DNA of 64,000 nt. Origin: an uncultured Flavobacteriaceae bacterium. Lineage in GTDB: Bacteria; Bacteroidota; Bacteroidia; Flavobacteriales; Flavobacteriaceae. The stretch is taken from positions 365 through 64,364 of the forward strand of contig CAMZLD010000056.1 of NCBI GenBank assembly GCA_947311635.1, given 5' to 3'. The position numbers and the translations under genes are program-made. Under the pieces are notes generated by a model, which was not told where the DNA came from, searched no databases, and saw only the letters and a program-made list of their open reading frames with translations. Positions 8,033-18,058 of the stretch are shown here, in pieces. Position 1 is the first letter of the stretch; the number at the start of each line of letters is the position of its first letter.

Positions 8033-10222
8033 TTAAAACCAAAAACCAATATTAAAATACCAGTTTTTGTTAACATCTGGAGACCAGGTGTAATGAAATT
8101 GTACAGGACCAATAAAGGTTTCAAGCCCATAGCCTAATGCCAATCCATATTTTGTGTTGTCAAAAATTTTACCTTGATTATAAATGTCATTTGTAGATCG
8201 TGCTACATGCACACCTGCTTCTAAATAATTTTTATTGAAAATTTCATAACGAATATCAAAAGTTGATTTTAAAAAAGAACTATTATTTAAATCAGCAATG
8301 TCATACCCGTGTAAAGGAATAAAATTAGCTATATAATTACCTCCAAAACCCCCAAGACTATAATCTAATACAGGGTTGTTGTTAACACCAATAGTGAAAC
8401 CAGCCGAAGTAGTAAAGAGAGCAGTTAATTTGTTTGAAAAAGAATGTGCATAACCCACTTTACCTTGTAGCTGAGAAAACGAATAAAAATCATTTCTGTA
8501 ATTTGAAGAAAGTAAATACCATCTAAAATTAACATCAACTAAAACCCCAGATGTTTGAAAATAAGGTTTGTCATAAGTGTCTATTTTTAAATAAGAGATA
8601 AAATTTAAGTAATTAGACTTATCTAAGTAGTTTTTTATTTCATTGTTGGTAATTGACACTGTTTTTGTAAAAACTCTCAAAAGCTTGTGCTCTAATCCAA
8701 CACCTAATGCATAACGTCTTCCGAAGACCGTTTGAAAATATATTTGATTGCTCAAGTCTTGGTAGTCCACCTTATCCTTATTGGTTGCAGCAGCATCAAA
8801 GCTCATGGTTGCATTAAAAGCATTATAGGTTGAGTGTATACCGTAACTCCAATAAAAACCATTATCTATAAAGTAATTTAATTGATACCGTATATTATCA
8901 CCAACAACAAGGTCTGTCGATAAAATATCATTTTTAGAAAGTATATGCTTTGTTGTAAAATTTAAAAGTACCGCCGTTTTATATAAATCATCATAATGTG
9001 GCGAGATTTTAAATTGAGATGTAATAGGGTTTTCTTTTAAACGCAAACTTATTTGGTGCTTATTAAATTGATGCAAGATACTTTGAAAATTACCTGTGGC
9101 AGAAAGATTGTTAATACCTTCTATGAAACTTTCATAAGAAATAGAATCATTGGTTTTAATATTCAATTTTCCCATGATGTATGCTCTTGTGTAATCTTTG
9201 TTTCCAGAAATTCCAATAGAATTTACTAGCCTTTTTCCAGAATATTGTAAAGCAACATGTTGTTTTTTTTGTTGAATACCTAATTGTCTTTGTTTGTTTG
9301 CTAGCGCAGTAAAAGATGTTTGTAATTCATTTGCTGCAACTTCACCTTTTTCTATTATTTCGTCTAATTTATCAAAAGAAACCACAGAATAATTATAAAT
9401 ATCTGGATGCATATACAAATGTACTTTTTCATTTTTTTCTTTATTATCTTTATACATCTGAAAGCTTACAATCTGGTTAACAATATCAACAGCAGAATTT
9501 AAATCTTCTTTTTTACTTAAATCTCCTTGTACATCAACGCCAATAATAATATCTGCTCCCATGGCAATCATTTCGTCTATCGGAAAATTATTTACAATGC
9601 CGCCATCAGACAGTAGCATGCCATCATATTCTACAGGTTCTAATAACGTAGGGAAAGCGCCACTCATTCTAACAGCTTCTGGCAAAAAACCTTTATTTAA
9701 AAGTACTGGTTTACCGGTTTCTAAATTTGTAGCCAAACAATAAAACGGAATTGGAAGTTTTGAAAAATCATGAATATGATGTACGTGTCGTGTTAATTTA
9801 GTTAATAAGTCAAATACTCGCTGTCCAGAAGAAAGCGCTTTAGGTAACCCAACTTTTCTTTTGTGAATTGGTAATGAAATGGCATATTTTTCGCCATTTA
9901 CTTTTTCGTAATAAGGTTTAGATTTTCTAGGAAACTCATCTTTCATAACCTCATTAAAGTCAAAGGTATGCACAATAGAATCTATTTGTGTGGCGCTGTA
10001 TCCAGAGGCATATAAAGAACCAATAATTGCACCCATACTTGTGCCGCCAACATAATCTATTTGTACACCACTTTTTTCTAAGACCTTTAACACGCCAACG
10101 TGCGCAAGACCTTTTGCTCCACCACCACTTAAAACCAAGCCAACTTTTAATTTTTTAGGAGTCGTTTCTTGAGAAAAAAGGATCAAAGGAAACAATAAGA
10201 GAAAAAAAACTATTTTTTGCAT
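8033..10222 (-). CDS. patatin-like phospholipase fused to an Omp85/BamA-type beta-barrel (PlpD-like)
   Basis: Signal peptide, oxyanion GGGAKG, lipase serine GTSMG and a DGG catalytic Asp region. The C-terminal ~400 aa are rich in alternating aromatic beta-strands and end in ...FNIGFWF. I set the start at MQKIVFF (10222), because the track ORF (to 10285) would overlap uvrC. Confidence 0.8.
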   Translation of the reverse strand: MQKIVFFLLLFPLILFSQETTPKKLKVGLVLSGGGAKGLAHVGVLKVLEKSGVQIDYVGGTSMGAIIGSLYASGYSATQIDSIVHTFDFNEVMKDEFPRKSKPYYEKVNGEKYAISLPIHKRKVGLPKALSSGQRVFDLLTKLTRHVHHIHDFSKLPIPFYCLATNLETGKPVLLNKGFLPEAVRMSGAFPTLLEPVEYDGMLLSDGGIVNNFPIDEMIAMGADIIIGVDVQGDLSKKEDLNSAVDIVNQIVSFQMYKDNKEKNEKVHLYMHPDIYNYSVVSFDKLDEIIEKGEVAANELQTSFTALANKQRQLGIQQKKQHVALQYSGKRLVNSIGISGNKDYTRAYIMGKLNIKTNDSISYESFIEGINNLSATGNFQSILHQFNKHQISLRLKENPITSQFKISPHYDDLYKTAVLLNFTTKHILSKNDILSTDLVVGDNIRYQLNYFIDNGFYWSYGIHSTYNAFNATMSFDAAATNKDKVDYQDLSNQIYFQTVFGRRYALGVGLEHKLLRVFTKTVSITNNEIKNYLDKSNYLNFISYLKIDTYDKPYFQTSGVLVDVNFRWYLLSSNYRNDFYSFSQLQGKVGYAHSFSNKLTALFTTSAGFTIGVNNNPVLDYSLGGFGGNYIANFIPLHGYDIADLNNSSFLKSTFDIRYEIFNKNYLEAGVHVARSTNDIYNQGKIFDNTKYGLALGYGLETFIGPVQFHYTWSPDVNKNWYFNIGFWF

Positions 10223-10235
10223 GAATCTAAATGTC

Positions 10236-12026
10236 TTACTGTTTATGATAGTAATTATAAATTTTGGTTGCGCGATGCTCTCCAATAATTTTGCTTAAAT
10301 CTTGTTGATTTGCTTCAGAAATTCGTTTTGCTGATTTAAAATAACGTAATAAAGTTACAATAGTTTGCTCACCAATTCCAGAAATTTGTGTTAATTCTGT
10401 AGTAATGGCACTTTTACTGCGTTTGTTTCTATGAAATGTAATGCCAAAACGATGTGCTTCGTTTCGTAATTGTTGAATAATCTTAAGGGTTTCAGACTTT
10501 TTATCTAAATATAAAGGTATTTTGTCTTCTGGATAATAAATTTCTTCCAATCGTTTGGCAATACCAATAATGGCAATTTTTTTCCGAAGCCCTAAGGCAT
10601 CTAAACTTTTTAATGCAGAAGATAATTGACCTTTACCGCCATCTATCACTATAAGTTGCGGAAAGCCTTGTCCTTCTTCTTGCAAACGTTTGTAGCGTCT
10701 ATAAACAACCTCTTCCATTGATGCAAAGTCATCTGGACCAATCACTGTTTTTATATTAAAATGCCGGTAGTCTTTTTTACTTGGTTTTCCATTTTTAAAA
10801 ACAACACAAGCTGCAACAGGGTGTGTGCCTTGTATGTTTGAGTTATCAAAACATTCTATCCAACGGGGTTGTACCGTTAATCTTAAATCTTTTTGCATTT
10901 GAGACATGATACGATTGGTGTGTCTGTCTGGATCTACTATTTGTAAATGCTTAAATCGCTCTTGTCTGTAGTATTTGGCATTTCTAAGTGATAAGTCTAC
11001 AATTCGTTTTTTATCACCTAATTTTGGAATGGTAATTTTTAAATTTTCGCCTAGATCTAACTTAAAAATAGAATAAATCTCTTTAGATTGTGAGTGGAAG
11101 CGTTGTCTAATTTCAACAATAGCAAGTTCTAATAGTTCTTTGTCTGTTTCGTCAAGTTTTTTCTTTACTTCTGTTGTGTGAGATTGCACAATGGCACCGT
11201 TAGAAATTTTTAAAAAGTTAATATAACCATAACTTTCGTCAGAAATGATTGAAAATACATCTACATTATTGATTGAAGGATTTACAATGGTAGATTTTGC
11301 TTGGTAGTTTTCTAATAAGGCAAGTTTTTCTTTGATGTGTTGGGCTTCTTCAAATTTCATTTCAGAAGCAAAAAAGAGCATTTTTTCTTTTAATAGTTTT
11401 ATAGACTCTTTAAAATTTCCTTTTATAATATTTTTGATAGCAATAATATCTTGGTTGTAATCTTCTTCGGTTTGTAGATCTTCACAAGCGCCTTTGCAAT
11501 TGCCTAAATGATATTCTAGGCAAACTTTATATTTTTTGTTTTCAATGTTTTTTTGACTTAAATCATATTTGCATGTACGTAATTTGTAAATTTCTTTTAT
11601 TAAATCTAGCAATACTTTTACGGTTTTAACAGAAGTAAAAGGGCCAAAATATGCTGATCCGTCTTTAATGATGTTTCGTGTTAAAAACACTCTGGAAAAG
11701 CGTTCTTTTTTAATACAAATCCAAGGGTAGGTTTTGTCATCTTTTAACATGACATTATACTTGGGTTGGTGTTTTTTTATAAGGTTGTTTTCTAGCAATA
11801 AAGCATCGGTTTCTGTCTCTACAACAATGTGTTTAATGCTTGCAATTTTTTTAACTAAAATACGTGTTTTACCGTTGGGTTGGTTTTTGTTAAAATAAGA
11901 TGCAACACGTTTTTTTAAATTTTTTGCTTTACCAATATACAAAAGGATTTCGTTTTTATCGTAATATTGATAAACGCCTGGACTGTTTGGTAAGGTTTGT
12001 ATTTGAAGTTTTAATGCTGTTGGCAT
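10236..12026 (-). CDS. uvrC: excinuclease ABC subunit C
   Basis: GIY-YIG N-terminus (GVYQYYDKNEILLYIGKAKNLKKRVASYF), a UVR domain, an RNase H-like endonuclease domain and a C-terminal (HhH)2 (ISGIGEQT). Confidence 0.95.
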   Translation of the reverse strand: MPTALKLQIQTLPNSPGVYQYYDKNEILLYIGKAKNLKKRVASYFNKNQPNGKTRILVKKIASIKHIVVETETDALLLENNLIKKHQPKYNVMLKDDKTYPWICIKKERFSRVFLTRNIIKDGSAYFGPFTSVKTVKVLLDLIKEIYKLRTCKYDLSQKNIENKKYKVCLEYHLGNCKGACEDLQTEEDYNQDIIAIKNIIKGNFKESIKLLKEKMLFFASEMKFEEAQHIKEKLALLENYQAKSTIVNPSINNVDVFSIISDESYGYINFLKISNGAIVQSHTTEVKKKLDETDKELLELAIVEIRQRFHSQSKEIYSIFKLDLGENLKITIPKLGDKKRIVDLSLRNAKYYRQERFKHLQIVDPDRHTNRIMSQMQKDLRLTVQPRWIECFDNSNIQGTHPVAACVVFKNGKPSKKDYRHFNIKTVIGPDDFASMEEVVYRRYKRLQEEGQGFPQLIVIDGGKGQLSSALKSLDALGLRKKIAIIGIAKRLEEIYYPEDKIPLYLDKKSETLKIIQQLRNEAHRFGITFHRNKRSKSAITTELTQISGIGEQTIVTLLRYFKSAKRISEANQQDLSKIIGEHRATKIYNYYHKQ

Positions 12027-12062
12027 CTAACGAAAATAAGCATTTATTTTGAAAACAAAAGC

Positions 12063-12677
12063 TTATTGAGGTGTTGTAATTTCTTCTTTTGGTTTAGAGA
12101 AAGCTTGTTTGTTAAAAAACAGTAATAGCCCAACGGCTACAGATATTGCAGTATCTGCCACATTAAAAATAGCATTAAAAAAGGTGAATTTTTCGCCCCG
12201 ATACATAGGAAAATAAAACATATCTACTACTTTACCATGAAATAATTCGCCATAAGGTTTGTCTGCAAAAAAGGTTGCTACATTTCTTCCGCCAGGGGTG
12301 TCAAAGATAATTCCGTAGAAAACAGAATCAATAATATTACCCAATGCGCCAGCAAAAATAAGAGCAATTGCAATAATTAATAAATGGTTTGCCTTTTTTT
12401 GTACACTATCATACAACCAATACCCAATACCAACAATAGCAAATAGTCTAAAAATGGTAAGAAATAGTTTGCCGGTTCTTCCACCAAATTCTGTTCCCCA
12501 AGCCATGCCGTTATTTTCTACAAAATGAATTCGAAACCAATCTAAGCCTAAAACACGAATTTCTTCGCCTAAATAAAAATGAGTTTTAATATAGATTTTA
12601 CTTAGTTGATCTATTAATAAAACTATGAAGATAATTAAGATAGGCTTTTTCAATGAGTTTGGTTTTAGGTAGCACAA
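12063..12677 (-). CDS. lspA: lipoprotein signal peptidase (signal peptidase II)
   Basis: DQLSK...FVENNGMAWG...NVADTAI motifs and four TM segments. There is only a TTG start at 12677 and no nearby ATG, so the exact start is uncertain. Confidence 0.85.
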   Translation of the reverse strand: MCYLKPNSLKKPILIIFIVLLIDQLSKIYIKTHFYLGEEIRVLGLDWFRIHFVENNGMAWGTEFGGRTGKLFLTIFRLFAIVGIGYWLYDSVQKKANHLLIIAIALIFAGALGNIIDSVFYGIIFDTPGGRNVATFFADKPYGELFHGKVVDMFYFPMYRGEKFTFFNAIFNVADTAISVAVGLLLFFNKQAFSKPKEEITTPQ

Positions 12678-12688
12678 AAATAGGAATA

Positions 12689-13348
12689 TTATTGTGTTTT
12701 AAAAGTCTTTAACAATACATTAGCATAAATGGTCTTGATTTTTAAGCTATTTATAGGTTTTTGATAATCCATTTGTAGTTTTTTTAAGAACACTGTATTT
12801 TTTTTATCAAAGGTTGTTGTAATTCTGGCTTTGCTATTTTCAATATTAATAATGCTGTTTAACAAAGCGCATTCTATAAAACCTGCCAAAACCGTAATGT
12901 TACTTTTACCTTTAAAGCCATTAATGTGCACATTGCTATTTTCTGCTTCTAGGGTAATGTTTCCGTAAAAATTTGAAGTGTAAAAATTCCCTTTTTTATA
13001 ATGTAAGTATATGTTTTTCTGCTTCGGAATTGAAATTTCAAAGCTTGGATAAAAAGGTTGTTCTTTACAAATTTTGTTTATTTCCTTTAGGTTTTCTACT
13101 TCTATTTTTTTTGAAAGGATAAAGATTTCATTATTTTTTTCTTCTATAGTTAGTAGGTATTTTGAAAACGGATAAGTGTTCATTTTCACAGCAATAATTC
13201 CTTCGGTATTATGAACTATATTGATAGCATCTGCTTGCTCTAATTCAATATTAATTGTAGTAGCATTACTTGTAAGCGTTTTTGTGATGGTGTTTTGAGA
13301 CCAAGAGAAGCTTGCTAAAAAAAATATTATAAGGCTACTTTTTTTCAT
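12689..13348 (-). CDS. exported hypothetical protein
   Basis: 219-aa ORF with an N-terminal signal peptide (LIIFFLASFSWSQ). No motif recognised. Confidence 0.5.
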   Translation of the reverse strand: MKKSSLIIFFLASFSWSQNTITKTLTSNATTINIELEQADAINIVHNTEGIIAVKMNTYPFSKYLLTIEEKNNEIFILSKKIEVENLKEINKICKEQPFYPSFEISIPKQKNIYLHYKKGNFYTSNFYGNITLEAENSNVHINGFKGKSNITVLAGFIECALLNSIINIENSKARITTTFDKKNTVFLKKLQMDYQKPINSLKIKTIYANVLLKTFKTQ

Positions 13349-13373
13349 AAAAAAAAGCTTCCGAAGAAGCTTT
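13349..13373 (-). terminator. intrinsic terminator with C(UUCG)G tetraloop
   Basis: The minus strand reads AAGCTTC-TTCG-GAAGCTT followed by T8, directly after the dksA-like stop. The loop is one copy of the over-represented octamer. Confidence 0.75.
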
Positions 13374-13377
13374 GATG

Positions 13378-13758
13378 TTAAGATTGTTGTTTTTTAGCTT
13401 CTATGCTAAGTGTAGCATGAGGCACTAGTTTTAAGCGTGCTTTCTGAATTTTTTTACCTGTTGCTCTACAAATTCCATAGGTTTTGTTTTCAATACGCAA
13501 TAAAGCATTGTTTAAATCACGAATAAATTTTTCTTGACGAATGGCTAATTTTACATTGGCTTCTTTACTCATGGTTTCACTTCCTTCTTCAAAGGCTTTA
13601 AAAGTAGGCGCAGTGTCATCGGTTCCGTTGTTACTGCCATTTTTAAATGAGCTGCGTAAAATTGCTAAATCTTCTTCTGCATGTGCTATTTTAGCTAAGA
13701 TGATTTCTTTAAATTCTTGAAGTTCTTTGTCTGTATATTTTTCTTTAATTTCTGGCAT
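13378..13758 (-). CDS. TraR/DksA family transcriptional regulator
   Basis: 126 aa with a coiled-coil N-terminus and a C-terminal ...YGIC..TGK.I...RL...P.A.L.... region. It sits in the conserved ileS / dksA-like / lspA neighbourhood. Confidence 0.75.
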   Translation of the reverse strand: MPEIKEKYTDKELQEFKEIILAKIAHAEEDLAILRSSFKNGSNNGTDDTAPTFKAFEEGSETMSKEANVKLAIRQEKFIRDLNNALLRIENKTYGICRATGKKIQKARLKLVPHATLSIEAKKQQS

Positions 13759-13764
13759 GATATT

Positions 13765-16700
13765 TTAAATTTTTTGAATGTGTAATTTGGTTTGTATTGA
13801 ATCAAACACAATTTCTATACCATTTTTTAAATGTTCTTTAACAGAAACTTCTGTTGCTAAGGTTTCTGTTTTTATATATGTTTTATTTTGAGCTATTGCT
13901 TTTTCTATTGTTTTGTCTTTTTGTAGCGTTACTACAATTTTATCTGTTATTTCAAAGCCAGAGTCTTTACGTAAATTTTGTATTCTGTTTACAAGCTCTC
14001 TTGCAATACCTTCGTTTTTTAAATCTTCGGTCAATGCTATGTCTAACGCAACAGTAATACCATTTGCATTGGCAACCAACCAACCTTCTATGTCTTGCGA
14101 TGTTATTTCTACATCTGAAAGCTCTAAAGTAATAATTTTTTGGTTAATATCAAGTTCTAAGAAGCCATTTTGTTCTATTTTCTGAATATCTTCTGAAGTA
14201 AATTTACCAACAGCATTTGCTATCTGTTTCATGTCCTTTCCAAAACGTGGCCCTAAGGTTTTAAAGTTCGGTTTTATTTGCTTCACTAAAATATCTGAAG
14301 CATCTTCTAACAATTCAATTTCTTTAATGTTAACCTCGTGTTTTATTAAATCTGCAACCGCCAAAATTTCTTCTTTTTGTTGCGCATTATCAATCGGAAT
14401 CATTATTTTTTGTAATGGCTGACGTACTTTAATCTTTTCTTTAGCTCTTAATGATAATACCAAAGAAGAAATGATTTGTGCATTTTCCATTTTACGTTCT
14501 AAAGATTTATCTACAAAGCTTTCATTATAAACAGGAAAATCTGCTAAGTGTATGCTTTCAAAAGTTTCTTTTTTAGTAACACTATTTAAATCTAAATACA
14601 GACGATCCATAAAGAAAGGAGCAATTGGTGCGCTTAATTTTGCTACGGTTTCCATACAAGTATATAGTGTTTGATAGGCAGAAATTTTATCTTGCTGGTA
14701 ATCGCCTTTCCAAAAACGTCTTCTGCTTAATCTAACATACCAATTACTTAAATAATCTTGTGTAAAGTTAGAAATAGCTCTTGCTGCTTTTGTTGGTTCG
14801 TATGCTGCATAAAAGGAATCAACATTTTTTATAAGTGTATGCAACTCACTTAAAACCCAACGGTCTAATTCTGGTCTTTCTGCTAATGCAATGTCTTTTT
14901 CAGAATACTTAAATCCATCTAAATTTGTATATAATGAGAAGAAAGAGTAGGTATTGTATAGCGTTCCGAAGAATTTACGCTTTACCTCTTCTATACCTGC
15001 AACATCAAATTTTAGATTGTCCCAAGGGTTTGCATTGGCAATCATATACCAGCGAGTAGCATCGGCACCATAGGTTGCTAGAGTTTTAAAAGGATCTGTG
15101 GCATTGCCCAAACGCTTTGACATTTTAAGTCCGTCCTTGTCTAAAACAAGCCCGTTAGAAACAACATTTTTATAAGCAATATCATCAAAAATCATCGTTG
15201 CAATGGCATGTAATGTGTAAAACCAACCTCTTGTTTGATCTACACCTTCTGCTATAAAGTCTGCTTTTCTCCAAGTTTTTTCTACCAACTCTTTGTTTTG
15301 AAATGGATAATGCCATTGAGCGTAAGGCATACTTCCAGAATCAAACCAAACATCTATCAAATCACTTTCACGATGCATTGGTTTTCCTGTTTCAGAAACC
15401 AATATAATTTCATCTACAATGTTTTTGTGTAAATCAATTTTTGCGTAGTTTTCTTCGGAATTGTTTCCGACTTCAAAACTTTCAAAGATGTCTTTTTTTA
15501 GGACCCCAGCAGCAACTGCTTTTGCCATTTCGGACTTTAATGTTGCTACAGAACCAATACAAATTTCTTCTTTTCCGTCTTCTGTGCGCCATATTGGCAA
15601 AGGAATTCCCCAATAACGTGATCGTGATAAATTCCAATCATTGGCATTTGCCAGCCAATTTCCGAAGCGACCTTCGCCAGTACTTTTAGGTTTCCAGTTT
15701 ATGGTTTTGTTTAACTCGTGCATTCTACCCTTAATATCGGTCACTTTTATAAACCAAGAATCTAAAGGATAGTATAAAATTGGTTTGTCTGTACGCCAGC
15801 AATTTGGATAACTATGTTTGTGTTTTTCAACTTTAAAAGCTTTGTTTTCTTCTTTTAATTGAATGGCAATCTCAACATCAACAGATCTTTCTGGTGCCTC
15901 ACTTTCATTATAATATTCGTTTTTTACATATTTGCCAGCATATTCTTTCATTTCTGGTCTAAAACGCCCTTGTAAATCTACCAAAGGCACCAAGTTACCA
16001 TCGTTGTCTTTTACCAACATTGGTGGTATTTCTGGTGAGGCTTGTTTGGCAACCATAGCATCATCTTGACCAAAAGTTGGTGCTGTATGCACAATACCCG
16101 TTCCGTCTTCTGTAGTTACAAAATCTCCAGCAATTACACGGAATGCATTTTCTTGCTTATCGTTTGGTAATGTGTAAGGCATTAATTGTTCATAACGAAT
16201 ATCAATTAAATCTTTTCCTTTGAATTCTTTTACAATAAAAAAAGGTATTTTTTTATCTCCCGATTTGTAGTCTAATAATGCTGGTTTTTCTTCTACTTGA
16301 TTAAATTTTCCAGCAAATTGTTTGCCGACTAAATTTTTAGCTAAAATCACATTTATTGGCTTAAATGTGTATTGATTATAGGTTTCTACCAACACATAAT
16401 CAATTTTATTTCCAACGGTTAGTGCGGTATTACTTGGTAATGTCCAAGGGGTTGTTGTCCAAGCAAGGAAGTAAATAGCACCTTCGTTTTGTAAAAAATC
16501 TGGAAGTGTTTTTGCTTTCGCTTTAAATTGCGCAACAACAGTGGTGTCTGTTACGTCTTGGTATGTTCCTGGCTGGTTAAGTTCGTGTGAGCTTAAACCT
16601 GTACCTGCTTTAGGTGAATAAGGCTGAATGGTGTAGCCTTTGTACATTAATTTTTTATCGTAAATCTGCTTAAGTAACCACCAAACGCTTTCCATGTATT

Positions 16701-17166
16701 TTGGATCGTAAGTAATATATGGATCATCCATATTAACCCAATATCCCATTTTTTGGGTTAGGTCATTCCAAACATCTGTATAACGCATTACAGCTTTTCT
16801 ACAAGCGGCATTGTATTCTTCTACAGATATGGTTTTGCCAATGTCTTCTTTAGTAATACCGAGTTCTTTTTCTACACCAAGCTCTATAGGTAGCCCATGC
16901 GTGTCCCAACCTGCTTTACGTTTTACTTGAAAGCCTTTCATGGTTTTGTAGCGCGGAAAAATATCTTTGATAGCACGTGCTAACACATGGTGTACTCCAG
17001 GTAATCCATTAGCAGAAGGTGGACCTTCAAAAAAGATATAAGGCGTTGCGCCTTCTCTTGTTGAAATACTTTTTTCAAAGATGTTATGTGTTTTCCAATA
17101 ACTGTTGATCTGGTCGGCAACTTTAGGAAGGTTAAGTCCTTTATATTCAGGAAACTTTTGGCTCAT
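13765..17166 (-). CDS. ileS: isoleucine--tRNA ligase (long, type 2 form)
   Basis: 1133 aa with a class I HIGH-type motif (PSANGLPGVHHV), KMSKRLGN and a CP1 editing domain. Confidence 0.97.
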   Translation of the reverse strand: MSQKFPEYKGLNLPKVADQINSYWKTHNIFEKSISTREGATPYIFFEGPPSANGLPGVHHVLARAIKDIFPRYKTMKGFQVKRKAGWDTHGLPIELGVEKELGITKEDIGKTISVEEYNAACRKAVMRYTDVWNDLTQKMGYWVNMDDPYITYDPKYMESVWWLLKQIYDKKLMYKGYTIQPYSPKAGTGLSSHELNQPGTYQDVTDTTVVAQFKAKAKTLPDFLQNEGAIYFLAWTTTPWTLPSNTALTVGNKIDYVLVETYNQYTFKPINVILAKNLVGKQFAGKFNQVEEKPALLDYKSGDKKIPFFIVKEFKGKDLIDIRYEQLMPYTLPNDKQENAFRVIAGDFVTTEDGTGIVHTAPTFGQDDAMVAKQASPEIPPMLVKDNDGNLVPLVDLQGRFRPEMKEYAGKYVKNEYYNESEAPERSVDVEIAIQLKEENKAFKVEKHKHSYPNCWRTDKPILYYPLDSWFIKVTDIKGRMHELNKTINWKPKSTGEGRFGNWLANANDWNLSRSRYWGIPLPIWRTEDGKEEICIGSVATLKSEMAKAVAAGVLKKDIFESFEVGNNSEENYAKIDLHKNIVDEIILVSETGKPMHRESDLIDVWFDSGSMPYAQWHYPFQNKELVEKTWRKADFIAEGVDQTRGWFYTLHAIATMIFDDIAYKNVVSNGLVLDKDGLKMSKRLGNATDPFKTLATYGADATRWYMIANANPWDNLKFDVAGIEEVKRKFFGTLYNTYSFFSLYTNLDGFKYSEKDIALAERPELDRWVLSELHTLIKNVDSFYAAYEPTKAARAISNFTQDYLSNWYVRLSRRRFWKGDYQQDKISAYQTLYTCMETVAKLSAPIAPFFMDRLYLDLNSVTKKETFESIHLADFPVYNESFVDKSLERKMENAQIISSLVLSLRAKEKIKVRQPLQKIMIPIDNAQQKEEILAVADLIKHEVNIKEIELLEDASDILVKQIKPNFKTLGPRFGKDMKQIANAVGKFTSEDIQKIEQNGFLELDINQKIITLELSDVEITSQDIEGWLVANANGITVALDIALTEDLKNEGIARELVNRIQNLRKDSGFEITDKIVVTLQKDKTIEKAIAQNKTYIKTETLATEVSVKEHLKNGIEIVFDSIQTKLHIQKI

Positions 17167-17315
17167 TTTTACGGATTTCTAATACGATTGCGAAATTAAG
17201 GATTTATTTCTAATATTCTTTTAAAAATAATCACTTTGAATAGATGCTTTATTAACCAAAAAAGCCGCTGCATTTTTCTGAAACAAACACAAATCTATGA
17301 GATAACTCTATTAAC

Positions 17316-17360
17316 CTGAGTTCGACCTAAACTTTGATTGCAAGTTTAGGTCGAACTCAG
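17316..17360. repeat. perfect 19-bp-stem inverted repeat (hairpin), 7-nt loop
   Basis: CTGAGTTCGACCTAAACTT-tgattgc-AAGTTTAGGTCGAACTCAG. The right arm contains the TGA stop of the 92-aa ORF. No T-run follows on either strand. Confidence 0.9.
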
Positions 17361-17635
17361 CTTATTACTTCTCCTGGGTCTTTTACAATACATTGGTAAG
17401 CATCACATTCTTCTTTTTCTACTGAACTACTCATTTCTGTCCAAATAAGGGCTTTATAAGTATGCTCATCAAAAGTTGTAGACACTGATAACTTTCTTGC
17501 TATTGCATAGAAATTTCCTGTACTTTTACTTTTTCCTATTTCAATTCCACTTTGTACATCAGGTGTGAAAAATGGTTTTCCATTTTCAGAAGTTCTCTCT
17601 GAATAATTTATCTTATATTTGACATCTTCTGACAA
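17357..17635 (-). CDS. hypothetical 92-aa protein (TTG start; possibly a gene fragment)
   Basis: The open frame has only a TTG initiator, 20 nt from the divergent XRE ATG. No motif recognised. Confidence 0.35.
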   Translation of the reverse strand: MSEDVKYKINYSERTSENGKPFFTPDVQSGIEIGKSKSTGNFYAIARKLSVSTTFDEHTYKALIWTEMSSSVEKEECDAYQCIVKDPGEVIS

Positions 17636-17654
17636 GAATTAAAAAGACAAGACA

Positions 17655-17954
17655 ATGCAACTATCTGAATTATTAAAATTCAAAAGAGAAAAGAAACAAT
17701 TACTAATGAGAGAAGTAGCCTCATTGGTAGCCGTTGATACTGCTATTATTAGTAAGGTAGAAAAAGGAGAAAGAAGACCTACAAAAGAACAATTACTAAA
17801 ATATGCAACTGCTTTAGACATTGATTACAACAAACTATTAACCCTTTGGTATAGTGAAAAAATATACCAAGAAATTAAAGAAGAGCCTTTAGCAATAAGC
17901 ATTCTTAAAACAGCAAAAAAAAGAATTAAACAAGACTTAAAAACAGCTAAATAA
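17655..17954 (+). CDS. XRE-family helix-turn-helix transcriptional regulator
   Basis: 99 aa with a classic HTH_3 pattern (LLKFKREKKQLLMREVASLVAVDTAIISKVEKGERRPTKEQLLKYATAL). Confidence 0.85.
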   Translation: MQLSELLKFKREKKQLLMREVASLVAVDTAIISKVEKGERRPTKEQLLKYATALDIDYNKLLTLWYSEKIYQEIKEEPLAISILKTAKKRIKQDLKTAK

Positions 17955-18058
17955 TATGTCAACACTTTATTGGATAGGAAAAGAATGAGGCTATCAGTAT
18001 CTCAAATTAAAATAAGGTAGATAATTCTGAATTGAAAATTAATTAGAAAACATTGACT

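Noticed and set aside
13854-15689. Several 60-90-aa + strand ORFs inside ileS (13854-14057, 13913-14185, 14231-14422, 15235-15432, 15441-15689)
   Set aside because: All are antisense to a highly conserved 1133-aa gene. They have no motifs and antisense-type composition.
17316-17360. Hairpin arm GAGTTCGACC as a tRNA T-arm fragment marking an integration (att) site
   Set aside because: Only the TTCGA pentamer resembles a T-loop. There is no acceptor stem or CCA context, no tRNA gene in the window and no integrase.
17639-17821. 60-aa ORF antisense to the XRE gene, in frame with the 92-aa ORF
   Set aside because: A TAA separates the two. The sequence is hydrophobic and Ser/Leu/Phe-rich, as expected for the antisense of a K/E-rich gene. 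I treated the shared frame as coincidence.
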